In this document: positions 25,892 to 34,723 of the stretch, one piece after another
Position numbering within the stretch: position 1 is the stretch's first letter
Layout: every line of letters begins with the position of its first letter
Sequence record: OK428535.1
Direction: 5' to 3' (one strand)
Length of the DNA stretch: 64,000 bases
Source: Escherichia phage vB_EcoM_Lh1B
Made by a program: the position numbers and the translations under genes
Notes under the pieces: generated by a model
Database searches by the model: none
The model's input: the letters and a program-made list of their open reading frames with translations, nothing else
Told to the model about the DNA's origin: nothing

Positions 25892-26542
25892 ATGACCCCC
25901 TTAATCAAATACCAGGAGCGAGGCATGTCTTTTGTTATTGACTTTAACCNCCATCATAGTCAAACCTTGCTCGATTTAGTCAATGCTTTTAATGCTGAAA
26001 CCGTTTATACGCCCCTGACCACAGAACGTATCCGAGTGGAGAGTTATGGTCCACCGGAACCGGACGGTCGTGTAAGTGCTTTGCTGACTAATAAGAGTAA
26101 GCCAGATGACTATGTGGTTGTGCGTTACCGCAAATTGAGCTTAAATGATATAATCACGTTGAAGCCTGAACATCTCACATGGTTTGATTTGTCGAAAGGT
26201 AAACCGGCCGATTTGCGCGTATGGTCTGAACCTGCAATGGCCAGTTTTGAATCGGCGTGTGCAGAACGTGGCATCGTTGTAAGTAAGGCGTGGGAAAACC
26301 CCGCGCAATGCCACGTAGAGTACGACATCCCGACTGATCGATACGTCCTCGTCTATGAATGTGAATCATTTGTTTACGAATCGCGCACACGCATTACGCT
26401 ACCGTACCATATCGGCCAAGACTTAACCAAGACAACGTTGCCTGGTCTGGAATACGACTTGGCTGGTTTCTGGGGGCATAAGCTGTTAGAAGAAGTGACT
26501 ATCACGAAGCTTAACGGTTTTCGTTATCGTGAGTTTGTTTAA
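25892..26542 (+). CDS. hypothetical protein (216 aa)
   Basis: ORF; start uncertain. Confidence 0.5.
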   Translation: MTPLIKYQERGMSFVIDFNXHHSQTLLDLVNAFNAETVYTPLTTERIRVESYGPPEPDGRVSALLTNKSKPDDYVVVRYRKLSLNDIITLKPEHLTWFDLSKGKPADLRVWSEPAMASFESACAERGIVVSKAWENPAQCHVEYDIPTDRYVLVYECESFVYESRTRITLPYHIGQDLTKTTLPGLEYDLAGFWGHKLLEEVTITKLNGFRYREFV

Positions 26543-26547
26543 GACAC

Positions 26548-26590
26548 TACCCTCGCCCGTTTAGCGAGGGTAGGTATTTATTTTTTTCTT
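26548..26590 (+). terminator. rho-independent terminator
   Basis: CTACCCTCGC...GCGAGGGTAG followed by TTTATTTTTTT. Confidence 0.7.
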
Positions 26591-26623
26591 ACGAATCGTC
26601 CACTCCGTATAGGAGGTAAGTCC

Positions 26624-27223
26624 ATGAAAAAGATTTATAAAATTGCGGTAATCGGTTCTCGGAAGACTGATGAAGATACCATGTCTGAAATGTACATGCG
26701 ATTGTTACGTGGGTTTAATGCGCTGCACGCCAAAGATTACACGATTCATTTTTCTTCTGGCGGCTGCTGGTGTGGTCCAGACCAATTGCAATTCCGATTT
26801 GCCCGACAGTGGGCGAATACAATCGACCAAGATACCGGCAAGAAAGTGGTGTGGGATGATGAGTTCATTTGTTACCTACCCGATGAGAAAAAGCTCTGGC
26901 TCAAGAAACAGAATCCCAACGTAGAGTTCCGTGTAATCCCTCAGGATGACCGCTATCGTGAGATAGTAGGTAAGCTTCATCCCGCCCCACAAAAGCTCCA
27001 GGAGTTCGCCTGGGCGCTTCATGGCCGTAATCTGAATATAATTATGGGCGATGATTTAGCAACGCCTGTAGACGCAGTTTATTACTCTGCGCCTTTAGAT
27101 AAACAAGGTAATCCGACCGGCGGTACTGCCATGGGCGTGAAATACGCTAAGCAGTGTGGTATTCCTTGTTACCACCATGCGCTTGAAGGACATCTGTGGC
27201 TTGAGAGCTTGTGCTTATTATGA
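26624..27223 (+). CDS. SLOG / DprA(Smf)-like Rossmann-fold protein
   Basis: KIAVIGSR near the N-terminus, FSSGGCWCGPD and PTGGTAMG glycine motifs recall DprA/LOG/YpsA families. Confidence 0.45.
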   Translation: MKKIYKIAVIGSRKTDEDTMSEMYMRLLRGFNALHAKDYTIHFSSGGCWCGPDQLQFRFARQWANTIDQDTGKKVVWDDEFICYLPDEKKLWLKKQNPNVEFRVIPQDDRYREIVGKLHPAPQKLQEFAWALHGRNLNIIMGDDLATPVDAVYYSAPLDKQGNPTGGTAMGVKYAKQCGIPCYHHALEGHLWLESLCLL

Positions 27224-27253
27224 CCACGTTGCCTTTAATCAGAGGTCGCTATT

Positions 27254-27526
27254 ATGCAAACTACCAGTTTAGCTNGTCGTTTGTGGGAAGCATTNTTCCC
27301 TACNCCGNCAAAACCCATTAAGAAGGTGACTAGCCTTCGCTTGTTCCCAGGCACCGAGGATGAGTTCTTCGATTACCTGGAACNCCNCGGTTTTGATTCG
27401 AAAGTCNCACCACAAGAAAATGACCCAATTCAGACAGTTTACACCACGCCGGATACGGGAGAGATATTTGCCTTGTGTGTTCGATGGCCACATCGCAACT
27501 ACTACTATACTTTGACGCAGATGTAA
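27254..27526 (+). CDS. hypothetical protein (90 aa; N-rich)
   Basis: ORF only. Confidence 0.4.
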   Translation: MQTTSLAXRLWEAXFPXPXKPIKKVTSLRLFPGTEDEFFDYLEXXGFDSKVXPQENDPIQTVYTTPDTGEIFALCVRWPHRNYYYTLTQM

Positions 27527-27536
27527 GGAGCAGGGG

Positions 27537-28670
27537 ATGTCGACGCTCGATTTAGATTTAGAAGTCCTGACTGACGACTACGATCGCCTGGTCGCACTCG
27601 AAGGTCTGGGAGTTAAGCCCGACTTCCCTGCGGTTTGCGCGATCCGTCAGCGTTGGTGCTTAACCGACGACGGTGAAGATATGTTGGTTGCTCGTGAATC
27701 GCGCGAAGCGANGGAGCGTGCTCAGTTTATGACTGATACTGACCCGCGGGCTGGCATCCATCGCGCAGCAGGGCGCATTACTGCGAAAGCTGTTAAAGGT
27801 ACTGGAAAGTTAGTGGGTGCTGGACTAGGTGCAACCGCAAAGGGCGCGGGTAAACTTTCGAAAAAGCTCGCATTACGCTTTTACGATTTCGCGGAAGCGC
27901 TAGCGAAAGAACAAGCCGACCGTTTGAAAGAAATAACTTCGAAAGCTGCTTTCATGGAACGTAAGCTCAATAAGCTTAAAACGCGAATGTCGCTGCTAGA
28001 TGACCACAAAACACTCGCTGCGGTCGACGTTCACACGAGTAGCTGGACGTCTAAAATTTGCTTTGAAGATCGACCCGATTTTGAAGCGTGTGTTAAGTTT
28101 TCTAAACAAACAAACGCGTACGAAGGCGTCGTGCAAAAGTACACGGTTTACACACGCACCGCTCTGAAGAAAAGCAAAGCATTCGAAGGGCCGGGCTTAA
28201 AACAAATCAGCAAGTCCACGAACTGGGCAGTTAAGCGTGCTGCTGGGTTGCTTGGCATCATCGATCCCTTTAAAAAGGTGGAAGCTTTTCCTGTCCCTGG
28301 AAATATCGTTGTGGTTGAGCACCATAGTGGTAAAGTCAGTTGGGCAATTGCGCGTGACGGTGAGTATGGTGAAACCATTAAATCGCTGGATATGCATCAG
28401 TGTGGGAAAGCATTAGAGGCTGTGGAAGCACTTATCAAATCTATTGCTGCACGTGGAACAAAGAACCGTGTTGTGGGCTACACCGGCATTTACGAAGAAG
28501 TGGAAGCGATGAAGTCCGAGCTTAAGAACCTAGAAGGGGATGAGCTGAAGGAGGCCACGTTACGTTACCGTAATGCAATGGCGATGGAAGACGCTTTCAC
28601 CACGGCATTGGTACGTGTGGCGGAGGGTCTAATGGAATGGACGAAGCAATCGCTGGCCGAGGTGAACTGA
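27537..28670 (+). CDS. hypothetical protein (377 aa)
   Basis: Long ORF; GGAG RBS. Confidence 0.6.
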   Translation: MSTLDLDLEVLTDDYDRLVALEGLGVKPDFPAVCAIRQRWCLTDDGEDMLVARESREAXERAQFMTDTDPRAGIHRAAGRITAKAVKGTGKLVGAGLGATAKGAGKLSKKLALRFYDFAEALAKEQADRLKEITSKAAFMERKLNKLKTRMSLLDDHKTLAAVDVHTSSWTSKICFEDRPDFEACVKFSKQTNAYEGVVQKYTVYTRTALKKSKAFEGPGLKQISKSTNWAVKRAAGLLGIIDPFKKVEAFPVPGNIVVVEHHSGKVSWAIARDGEYGETIKSLDMHQCGKALEAVEALIKSIAARGTKNRVVGYTGIYEEVEAMKSELKNLEGDELKEATLRYRNAMAMEDAFTTALVRVAEGLMEWTKQSLAEVN

Positions 28671-29131
28671 TGAAGATTATTACCATAGTGGGGCCAGACA
28701 CGGCTAACGGCAGGAAATATTCCACAGATATCCTCGCGCTTTATAACGAGCTGGACAAAAGCGAAATAGAAAGCTATCGAAAAGAGACGGGTATTAATGT
28801 CCGTTTTACGCCGGCTAAATCGTTAGCCGAGCGCTTCCGGGGTCGTTTACTGGCGGTCGTGGACGACGGTGTCTTGTATGGCTTTGCGCAATACCGCACG
28901 ATGACTGAAGAGGGTGTGACGATGATGTCGGTATCCTCACTGGTCGTTAGCAGCAGCGCACGTGGTAAAGGTTACGGCACCGCGTTGATGGATGCGGTAA
29001 AGAAATCCGCAACGGAAAAAGGGTGTACAGTTGTTCACCTGTCCGTGAACGCCGGTAACGCTGCCGCGAAGTCGCTCTACGACAAAGCTGGCTTTAAGGT
29101 AGGTGCTTACCAGATGTATTGGAGGGTGTGA
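28670..29131 (+). CDS. GNAT-family N-acetyltransferase (tandem paralogue 1)
   Basis: SARGKGYGTALMDAV and SLYDKAGFKV motifs; ATG overlaps upstream stop (TGATG). Confidence 0.65.
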   Translation: MKIITIVGPDTANGRKYSTDILALYNELDKSEIESYRKETGINVRFTPAKSLAERFRGRLLAVVDDGVLYGFAQYRTMTEEGVTMMSVSSLVVSSSARGKGYGTALMDAVKKSATEKGCTVVHLSVNAGNAAAKSLYDKAGFKVGAYQMYWRV

Positions 29132-29595
29132 TGAAAATTGTTTTTGTCACCAAGCCCAACTCTCCGTATGGAAAGAAATACTACGCGGACTTGTTAGGAC
29201 TACACAACAAGTTATACGACGATCAGAAAATAAAACTTGCCGACTTAAACGGTCGTGAAGGGTTTAATCAAATCTCAAAACTGGAGGAGGTTTGGGGTGA
29301 AGGTACGCTGTGCGCTTGCGCCGTTGATGACCGTGGTGTGGCTGTTGGTTTCATCACCTTTGGCTACACCAAAAAGGGACAACGTTTCCTCTGGGTATAT
29401 AACTTTTTTGTAGATGAATCGGTTCGTTCACAAGGCGTTGGCCATGAACTGATCGAAGCCGTAGAGAACTATGGCAAATCAAAAGGCTGCGCATGGATGC
29501 AGCTTAACGTGCTCGGTAATAACGACCGTGCTATTGCGTTTTATGAACGTTTCGGATTCCGAACTGAATACCAGGATATGGTAAAGGAGCTTTAA
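29131..29595 (+). CDS. GNAT-family N-acetyltransferase (tandem paralogue 2)
   Basis: VRSQGVGHELIEAV and AFYERFGFR motifs; N-terminus MKIVFVTKP parallels MKIITIVGP of the neighbour. Confidence 0.65.
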   Translation: MKIVFVTKPNSPYGKKYYADLLGLHNKLYDDQKIKLADLNGREGFNQISKLEEVWGEGTLCACAVDDRGVAVGFITFGYTKKGQRFLWVYNFFVDESVRSQGVGHELIEAVENYGKSKGCAWMQLNVLGNNDRAIAFYERFGFRTEYQDMVKEL

Positions 29596-29596
29596 C

Positions 29597-30205
29597 ATGG
29601 TGGCTGTCCGCAGCGTGCCACATCAGACTGGCTCGCGATATACTTTTTGTGTAAAGCGTTTCGGGGCAAGAAATCGCCCTGGTTGGAAGGTGGTACGTGC
29701 GATGGGACAGTTCTGGCAATTACCACCTGGCACGTTAAAATATTTTTCAGTAGACAGAATAACCCGGTTCTTAAACGCGGCTGACCCAAGTCAACGCTCC
29801 AGTTTTATGGCAGGGATCGTTTGTCGTCCCGATGGGAAAACACGCGATGCAACCACTCGTGGAATCTACTGGACAGGACAGAACGCGTTTCAGGTTGGCT
29901 TACCTTGCCTGAAGTGTGAAGTGACACCGTTTAATGGTCCCTACGCCGATGCGCACTTCACCGGTATCTTTGTGTCGTTCCCAGACGACCCGTCTTTAAA
30001 CTACTTTTTATCAGTGGACAAAGACGTCAGTATTGATACCTTTTACAAATACTTGTTGTTTTACAGCCGGTATATCCGCGTGACTCCTGTGCATGAAGAT
30101 TGGTATTATAAAAATCCCTTGAACTATGGGAGGGACAGGAGACTAGAAGGATGTTCTATCGAGAGCTTCAACTCTGTACCGCAGCGCTCCATGGCGCTAA
30201 TGTGA
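29597..30205 (+). CDS. hypothetical protein (202 aa)
   Basis: ORF; start uncertain. Confidence 0.45.
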   Translation: MVAVRSVPHQTGSRYTFCVKRFGARNRPGWKVVRAMGQFWQLPPGTLKYFSVDRITRFLNAADPSQRSSFMAGIVCRPDGKTRDATTRGIYWTGQNAFQVGLPCLKCEVTPFNGPYADAHFTGIFVSFPDDPSLNYFLSVDKDVSIDTFYKYLLFYSRYIRVTPVHEDWYYKNPLNYGRDRRLEGCSIESFNSVPQRSMALM

Positions 30206-30522
30206 GCAAGAACGGGGACCTGGAAGACGTCGCGCAAGCCTTACGGGCTGTGTCGGAGGTTGACCAGGTCGACATCGACGCTAAGTATTTAGGCGGCGGT
30301 GTAAAGCGTATTCAGTTGACCGTGCGAGCCAAACATGGCAGCTGCTCGTTACATTTTCGAGTCAGTGCGGATTATTTCCTGGTACTGCGCTCCACATTCA
30401 GTCACGATGGTCGGACTCACCGGGTTCGGTGGATGCACGACATTACTAAATTTGGCTACCCGCTTGCAGAACAACGTAAAGTCGTACATGACTTTATGGC
30501 TGCAGTCGTTGCGGGGTTTTAA
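30151..30522 (+). CDS. hypothetical protein (123 aa)
   Basis: ORF overlapping the upstream gene by 55 nt. Confidence 0.4.
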   Translation: MFYRELQLCTAALHGANVSKNGDLEDVAQALRAVSEVDQVDIDAKYLGGGVKRIQLTVRAKHGSCSLHFRVSADYFLVLRSTFSHDGRTHRVRWMHDITKFGYPLAEQRKVVHDFMAAVVAGF

Positions 30523-30531
30523 GGGGAGACT

Positions 30532-31131
30532 GTGATGTCTGAGATGATTCTCGATTCGCTGTTTTTGATTACGGTTGCAAACATCAATAAAAACGGCAAT
30601 CTTCCAGAATACGTAGACATAAGTCGTCATGGCTTTAAGCGTCGTTATCAAATCGGTAAGGTACTAGAGATTGCCTGCTTAGTAACGAACATGCGTAGAC
30701 CGGTGGAAGGCTGTAGCGTTAAACATGCACAGATGATACTCGGGCGTGCTATTTCAGAAGTACGTCGTAAGCGTCGTCGTGCACCGTATCGCTTTTATCC
30801 TAACTCCACCAAACAGGTGGTCGGTGAGGGGGAAGGTGTGGTTGATTTGCGTGAGGCCAGTTGTAATGTAGGCGGTATTGCACGTGACTGGTTAATGAGC
30901 ATTATCAGTAAGCATCCACGTACACCTACGCCGCAAGAAGGACAGGCGGTACTCGCACTTATGCGTAAGACCCATTTGGTGATTACTGATACACCAAACC
31001 AGGCAGCACGAATGCAGCACTATTTGGCATGTCGTGGCTTCACCACACTTGCAGTACCTTCTGAATACACAGCTGATATTAAACTTCCGCCAGTCCCAGA
31101 TTGGTCTGAACCGACAGTTGATCATCAGTGA
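30532..31131 (+). CDS. hypothetical protein (199 aa)
   Basis: ORF; terminator downstream. Confidence 0.5.
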   Translation: MMSEMILDSLFLITVANINKNGNLPEYVDISRHGFKRRYQIGKVLEIACLVTNMRRPVEGCSVKHAQMILGRAISEVRRKRRRAPYRFYPNSTKQVVGEGEGVVDLREASCNVGGIARDWLMSIISKHPRTPTPQEGQAVLALMRKTHLVITDTPNQAARMQHYLACRGFTTLAVPSEYTADIKLPPVPDWSEPTVDHQ

Positions 31132-31137
31132 GTTATA

Positions 31138-31175
31138 CCCACTCCTTCGGGAGTGGGTCGACTCTATTTTTTTTG
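31138..31175 (+). terminator. rho-independent terminator (UUCG loop)
   Basis: CCCACTCC-TTCG-GGAGTGGG followed by T8. Confidence 0.7.
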
Positions 31176-31197
31176 GATAGATGTTATCTTAGGGAGA
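31172..31197 (+). promoter_or_regulatory. promoter-like palindromic element, copy D (GGATAGATGTTATCTTAGGGAG)
   Basis: Same motif family; upstream of gene 31292. Confidence 0.45.
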
Positions 31198-31291
31198 CGT
31201 GCAAAAATTACGTTTCATCCTTAGCATATGCTAGAAGCCGTTGTGAGTCGGTTAAAACTCACCAACTTAAACTTAAAAGCGAGTAAACAAA

Positions 31292-32056
31292 ATGTCAAAA
31301 CTCAATAAAGCAGCAACCAAAGAATGGCTTTCCGTACCTACCGCAGATGGTCAGTATCGCTACGTATTCACGTATGACGAAAATGACCTGACGGCAAAAG
31401 GTATTCCGCACATGTTAAGTCACAAACTGATTAACAGCGTGACCGGTGCCACCTTAGTAGGTTCCGGCGGAAGGACAATCTTTTGTGCCCCCAGTTGGGA
31501 TCAAACTGAACTGACCAAGAAAATGCTCGGTGAACTCCGGGCGGTTTCCGCACGTCTGTTCTTTAAGCTGATTGCCAGAAAACCGGCGCTATGGGATGCA
31601 TGGTCTCAACACAATCTCGAGGCATTGCGTGGGGAGTGTCTGAATTACGTATTGGTCGAAGAAGTGATTGATAACTTCTTCGCTAACGTGATGAAAACCG
31701 AACGACTGCGTAAGCCGAACACCGACGGTTATTCGTTTGTCTCCGTTAAGAGCAGCGAACTGATTCGGGGTGAGTTTGCAGGGCATGTCCTTTCGGTAAC
31801 TCGGAACCTGAGTTTCTTTGGCCAGCCTTTCAGTGAGCCAGTTGTTCAGGTAACTTATGATTTCCGTTTACCGTTTACTGTTCGGAATGAGTTTGACCCA
31901 GGTCAAGTTTCGTTGAAGTTTTTATATCCTCTCCAGTCATGGCCGTTATTGAAGAGGTTCTTAGCTGAGCCCCGTGTAGCTGCGGTGCTGCAAGCGTGGA
32001 TTGATTCATGGCCAGAAGGCATTGAGGAAAAATCGAAAACGCGAGTTGACTTCTAA
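31292..32056 (+). CDS. hypothetical protein (254 aa)
   Basis: ORF; terminator downstream. Confidence 0.55.
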   Translation: MSKLNKAATKEWLSVPTADGQYRYVFTYDENDLTAKGIPHMLSHKLINSVTGATLVGSGGRTIFCAPSWDQTELTKKMLGELRAVSARLFFKLIARKPALWDAWSQHNLEALRGECLNYVLVEEVIDNFFANVMKTERLRKPNTDGYSFVSVKSSELIRGEFAGHVLSVTRNLSFFGQPFSEPVVQVTYDFRLPFTVRNEFDPGQVSLKFLYPLQSWPLLKRFLAEPRVAAVLQAWIDSWPEGIEEKSKTRVDF

Positions 32057-32062
32057 GTAAGC

Positions 32063-32098
32063 TAGGCACTCTTCGGAGTGCCTATTATTTTTTTTCTT
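32063..32098 (+). terminator. rho-independent terminator (UUCG loop)
   Basis: TAGGCACTC-TTCG-GAGTGCCTA followed by T-run. Confidence 0.7.
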
Positions 32099-32159
32099 TA
32101 CGTATGCTCGCTATATTGTGACACCACTACAATTAATTAAACTTTTGGGGAAGAATAAA

Positions 32160-32783
32160 ATGTTAAACTCAGTGGCGCTGGATGGTCCAGATTTTTCTGG
32201 CAAATCAACACTCGCGAAAATGATTCAAGCGATGTTGCGCTCCGCTGGCGTTAATGTCATCATCGTCAATCACCCGACGAATACCACTGAAGCCGGTATT
32301 AGTGCACGTTCTCTGGTTATCCAGCACGCTTCTAACGAACGCATTGCTAAAGCGATGTGTCTGGATTTCCAATACACGATGGATTTCGTTGTACCAGAGC
32401 ACGATGTCGTTATTTTTGACCGTTTTTGTCAATCGACTATTGTCTACCAGGGCGTCGATGGTAAAGGGGAAGTTTTCCGTTCGCGGGTATTAGACCACAT
32501 TAACGCACCAAAGCTTTACGTGGCAACCGATGTATCTTACGAAACCGCCACAGAACGCTTTAAGAAGCGCGTAGAGGCACAAGGTAAGAACTGGGATGAT
32601 GAGGTACTGACAGCGAAGTATCTGCGCTCACAGACCGATTGGGACGCCTTACGCGACCATTACCGTTTTGCTTTCCACATCACCACAGATGGCGGCGATA
32701 AGTTCCCGCTGATGCGTGTTACGGCTGACGACGATATAGCCTTACAAGCCGCCCGTATCGTTGAACGTATTCTGGCAGGTTAG
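32160..32783 (+). CDS. thymidylate kinase-like P-loop nucleoside monophosphate kinase
   Basis: P-loop GPDFSGKST and DRF...STIVYQG resemble Tmk Walker A and DRY/LID region; ATG 32160 preferred over the GTG at 32118. Confidence 0.5.
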   Translation: MLNSVALDGPDFSGKSTLAKMIQAMLRSAGVNVIIVNHPTNTTEAGISARSLVIQHASNERIAKAMCLDFQYTMDFVVPEHDVVIFDRFCQSTIVYQGVDGKGEVFRSRVLDHINAPKLYVATDVSYETATERFKKRVEAQGKNWDDEVLTAKYLRSQTDWDALRDHYRFAFHITTDGGDKFPLMRVTADDDIALQAARIVERILAG

Positions 32784-32789
32784 TTGTAC

Positions 32790-32828
32790 CCCTCTTACCT
32801 TCGGGTAAGAGGGCATTGTCTTTTTTTA
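32790..32828 (+). terminator. rho-independent terminator (UUCG loop)
   Basis: CCCTCTTACC-TTCG-GGTAAGAGGG followed by T7; same hairpin as at 5777. Confidence 0.7.
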
Positions 32829-32871
32829 CAGATCAGAACAGTCCTATGCTTTTTGCTTCCAGTCCACTAAA

Positions 32872-32902
32872 TTTCAGATATATATTACTTAGGTGAGAGT
32901 TG
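32872..32902 (+). promoter_or_regulatory. early-promoter-like element, copy B
   Basis: TTTCAGATATATATTACTTAGGTGA plus conserved leader into the RBS. Confidence 0.5.
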
Positions 32903-32947
32903 CTCGTAAACTCTCTAATCGACTATTAATCTAAAAGGAGTATTCTA

Positions 32948-33313
32948 ATGCGTTTTAAACATCAAACCGTTGTGTTGGCAAAGAAAGCATTTCTGGTTCG
33001 TCTCTCTTACATTATTNCTCGTGTCACTGCGAAGGATGTTACGCAGAAAGACATTGCATTGTTGGTAGGCNGNTNNCCNNCACAAANNTNTGNGNTTAAA
33101 AATGAACGCGAGAAAGCCGTGACTATCGAAACTCTGATGCGTGTTGCCGATACACTGCGCCTGAATTACGAAATCGTTTACCGTTCCATCAACGGCAAAT
33201 GCCGCCATAGCTTCAAAATTGAATCCTGCATCGACTACATGAATAACTGTCCTATCCGGGTACGAGAAACAGGACTTAAAGTCATGGCACGTAAACCTTC
33301 TGCAGTGATGTAG
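32948..33313 (+). CDS. XRE-family helix-turn-helix transcriptional regulator
   Basis: VTQKDIALLVG ... TIETLMRVADTLRLNYEIV fits the Cro/C1-type HTH pattern; N-containing. Confidence 0.5.
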   Translation: MRFKHQTVVLAKKAFLVRLSYIIXRVTAKDVTQKDIALLVGXXXXQXXXXKNEREKAVTIETLMRVADTLRLNYEIVYRSINGKCRHSFKIESCIDYMNNCPIRVRETGLKVMARKPSAVM

Positions 33314-33324
33314 GGAGCAAACGT

Positions 33325-33711
33325 ATGAATTGGTATGTGAGCGGTATCACCCGTCGTGTAATGACGGAAGAGGATGATCGATGTAAACATCTTAAAGTGG
33401 GGTCTATAGCTCCACGTTATACGGCAGAGTGCGACCCATGGGGCCGCGAAACGTATTACATGTGCGAGAACTGCTGGGAAAAANTGCNGGNNNAAATNGN
33501 NGNTGAAGAAGTGGTNTGCGNCGATTGCAAAGGTACCTTCCCGAAACGGGATACTGTTGNGNGGAAATGGCACGACTTTGACCCCAGTCAAGGGGATAAA
33601 GAACTTTGTATCTGTAATAACTGCGTGTCTTTACCGACACATTTAAACCGTGTAGAGAATGACCGTCGGGCATTTGAACACGACTTTCCAGAAGCAGCTT
33701 TCTGGGATTAA
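33325..33711 (+). CDS. Cys-rich putative zinc-binding protein (128 aa)
   Basis: Several CxxC-like pairs (CENCW, CxDC, CICNNC); Ns present. Confidence 0.45.
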   Translation: MNWYVSGITRRVMTEEDDRCKHLKVGSIAPRYTAECDPWGRETYYMCENCWEKXXXXXXXEEVXCXDCKGTFPKRDTVXXKWHDFDPSQGDKELCICNNCVSLPTHLNRVENDRRAFEHDFPEAAFWD

Positions 33712-34247
33712 CTAGTATAACCCTTAAGGAGTATATCATGGCGAAGGCCCCTAAAACTGTAGCAAAAGATTCAATGGCAAGCAACGCGATTAAAGCCACA
33801 AAAACGCGTACTACCGAATTTCCACGTTCACCTACCATTCCTAAACCGGATGTAATTGTACCAATCAGTGAACGTCTGAAAACGATTCACATCGAACGTG
33901 AATTTCCGATTGACCTTGGTCAGGAAATCGTTGCGGTTAATCTTGGTAGTGATGTCCGCTTTACTATCTACAAGGGATTAACTAGTGTAAACCTTAAGGA
34001 GTATATCATGGCGAAGGCCCCTAAAACTGTAGCAAAAGATTCAACGGCAAGCACCGCGACTAAATCTGCAAAAACGTCTACTACAGAATTTCCACGTTCA
34101 CCTACCATTCCCAAACCGGATGTAATTGTACCAATCAGTGAACGTCTGAAAACAATTCACATCGAGCGCGAATATCCGATTGACCTTGGTCAGGAAATCG
34201 TTGCGGTTAACCTTGGTAGCGACGTACGCTTTACCATCTATAAAGGC
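33708..34247 (+). repeat. tandem direct duplication, 2 x 270 bp
   Basis: Units 33708-33977 and 33978-34247 are near-identical, each including RBS, ATG and first 80 codons. Confidence 0.85.
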
Positions 34248-34664
34248 GCGCATCTGAACAACATGGTGCTAACCCGTGGTGATGAAGTTATCGGTCTGTC
34301 TCGTTACGACACGCAAATCGAAAACATCTATCCGGTGTTTGCAGTAGCGATGTTGCGTTTGTTCATGCAGGATAAAGCCGACCTTTGTGGTCAGCTTGCG
34401 GGTATGGCGGATCGTGTTGGTCATATTCTGCCGACGCTGGTGAAACTGTACCCAGTTACGATTGACGTGGCGTTTACTACTGTAGACAACAACCACGGTT
34501 ATATCGTGCTGACCAAAGACGGTAAAGTTATCGCTGGTAATCTGACTGATAACGAAGTGCAGAAGCATATGGACAAATTTGCGTTCATGGTGAATCGCTT
34601 GGCGCACGTCAGTGTCAAACATTCTGAAACTTGGACGACGCTTGTCTCCAAACCTGAACTGTAA
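33738..34664 (+). CDS. hypothetical protein with duplicated N-terminal 80-aa module (308 aa; alternatively 34008-34664)
   Basis: Copy 1 reads in frame through the duplicated RBS into copy 2. Confidence 0.5.
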   Translation: MAKAPKTVAKDSMASNAIKATKTRTTEFPRSPTIPKPDVIVPISERLKTIHIEREFPIDLGQEIVAVNLGSDVRFTIYKGLTSVNLKEYIMAKAPKTVAKDSTASTATKSAKTSTTEFPRSPTIPKPDVIVPISERLKTIHIEREYPIDLGQEIVAVNLGSDVRFTIYKGAHLNNMVLTRGDEVIGLSRYDTQIENIYPVFAVAMLRLFMQDKADLCGQLAGMADRVGHILPTLVKLYPVTIDVAFTTVDNNHGYIVLTKDGKVIAGNLTDNEVQKHMDKFAFMVNRLAHVSVKHSETWTTLVSKPEL

Positions 34665-34668
34665 TCAT

Positions 34669-34698
34669 TAAGGGGTCTTCGGACCCCTTAATTTTTTG
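34669..34698 (+). terminator. rho-independent terminator (UUCG loop)
   Basis: TAAGGGGTC-TTCG-GACCCCTTA followed by TTTTTT. Confidence 0.7.
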
Positions 34699-34723
34699 TC
34701 TTTTTACGCGTTATCCTCATGTT

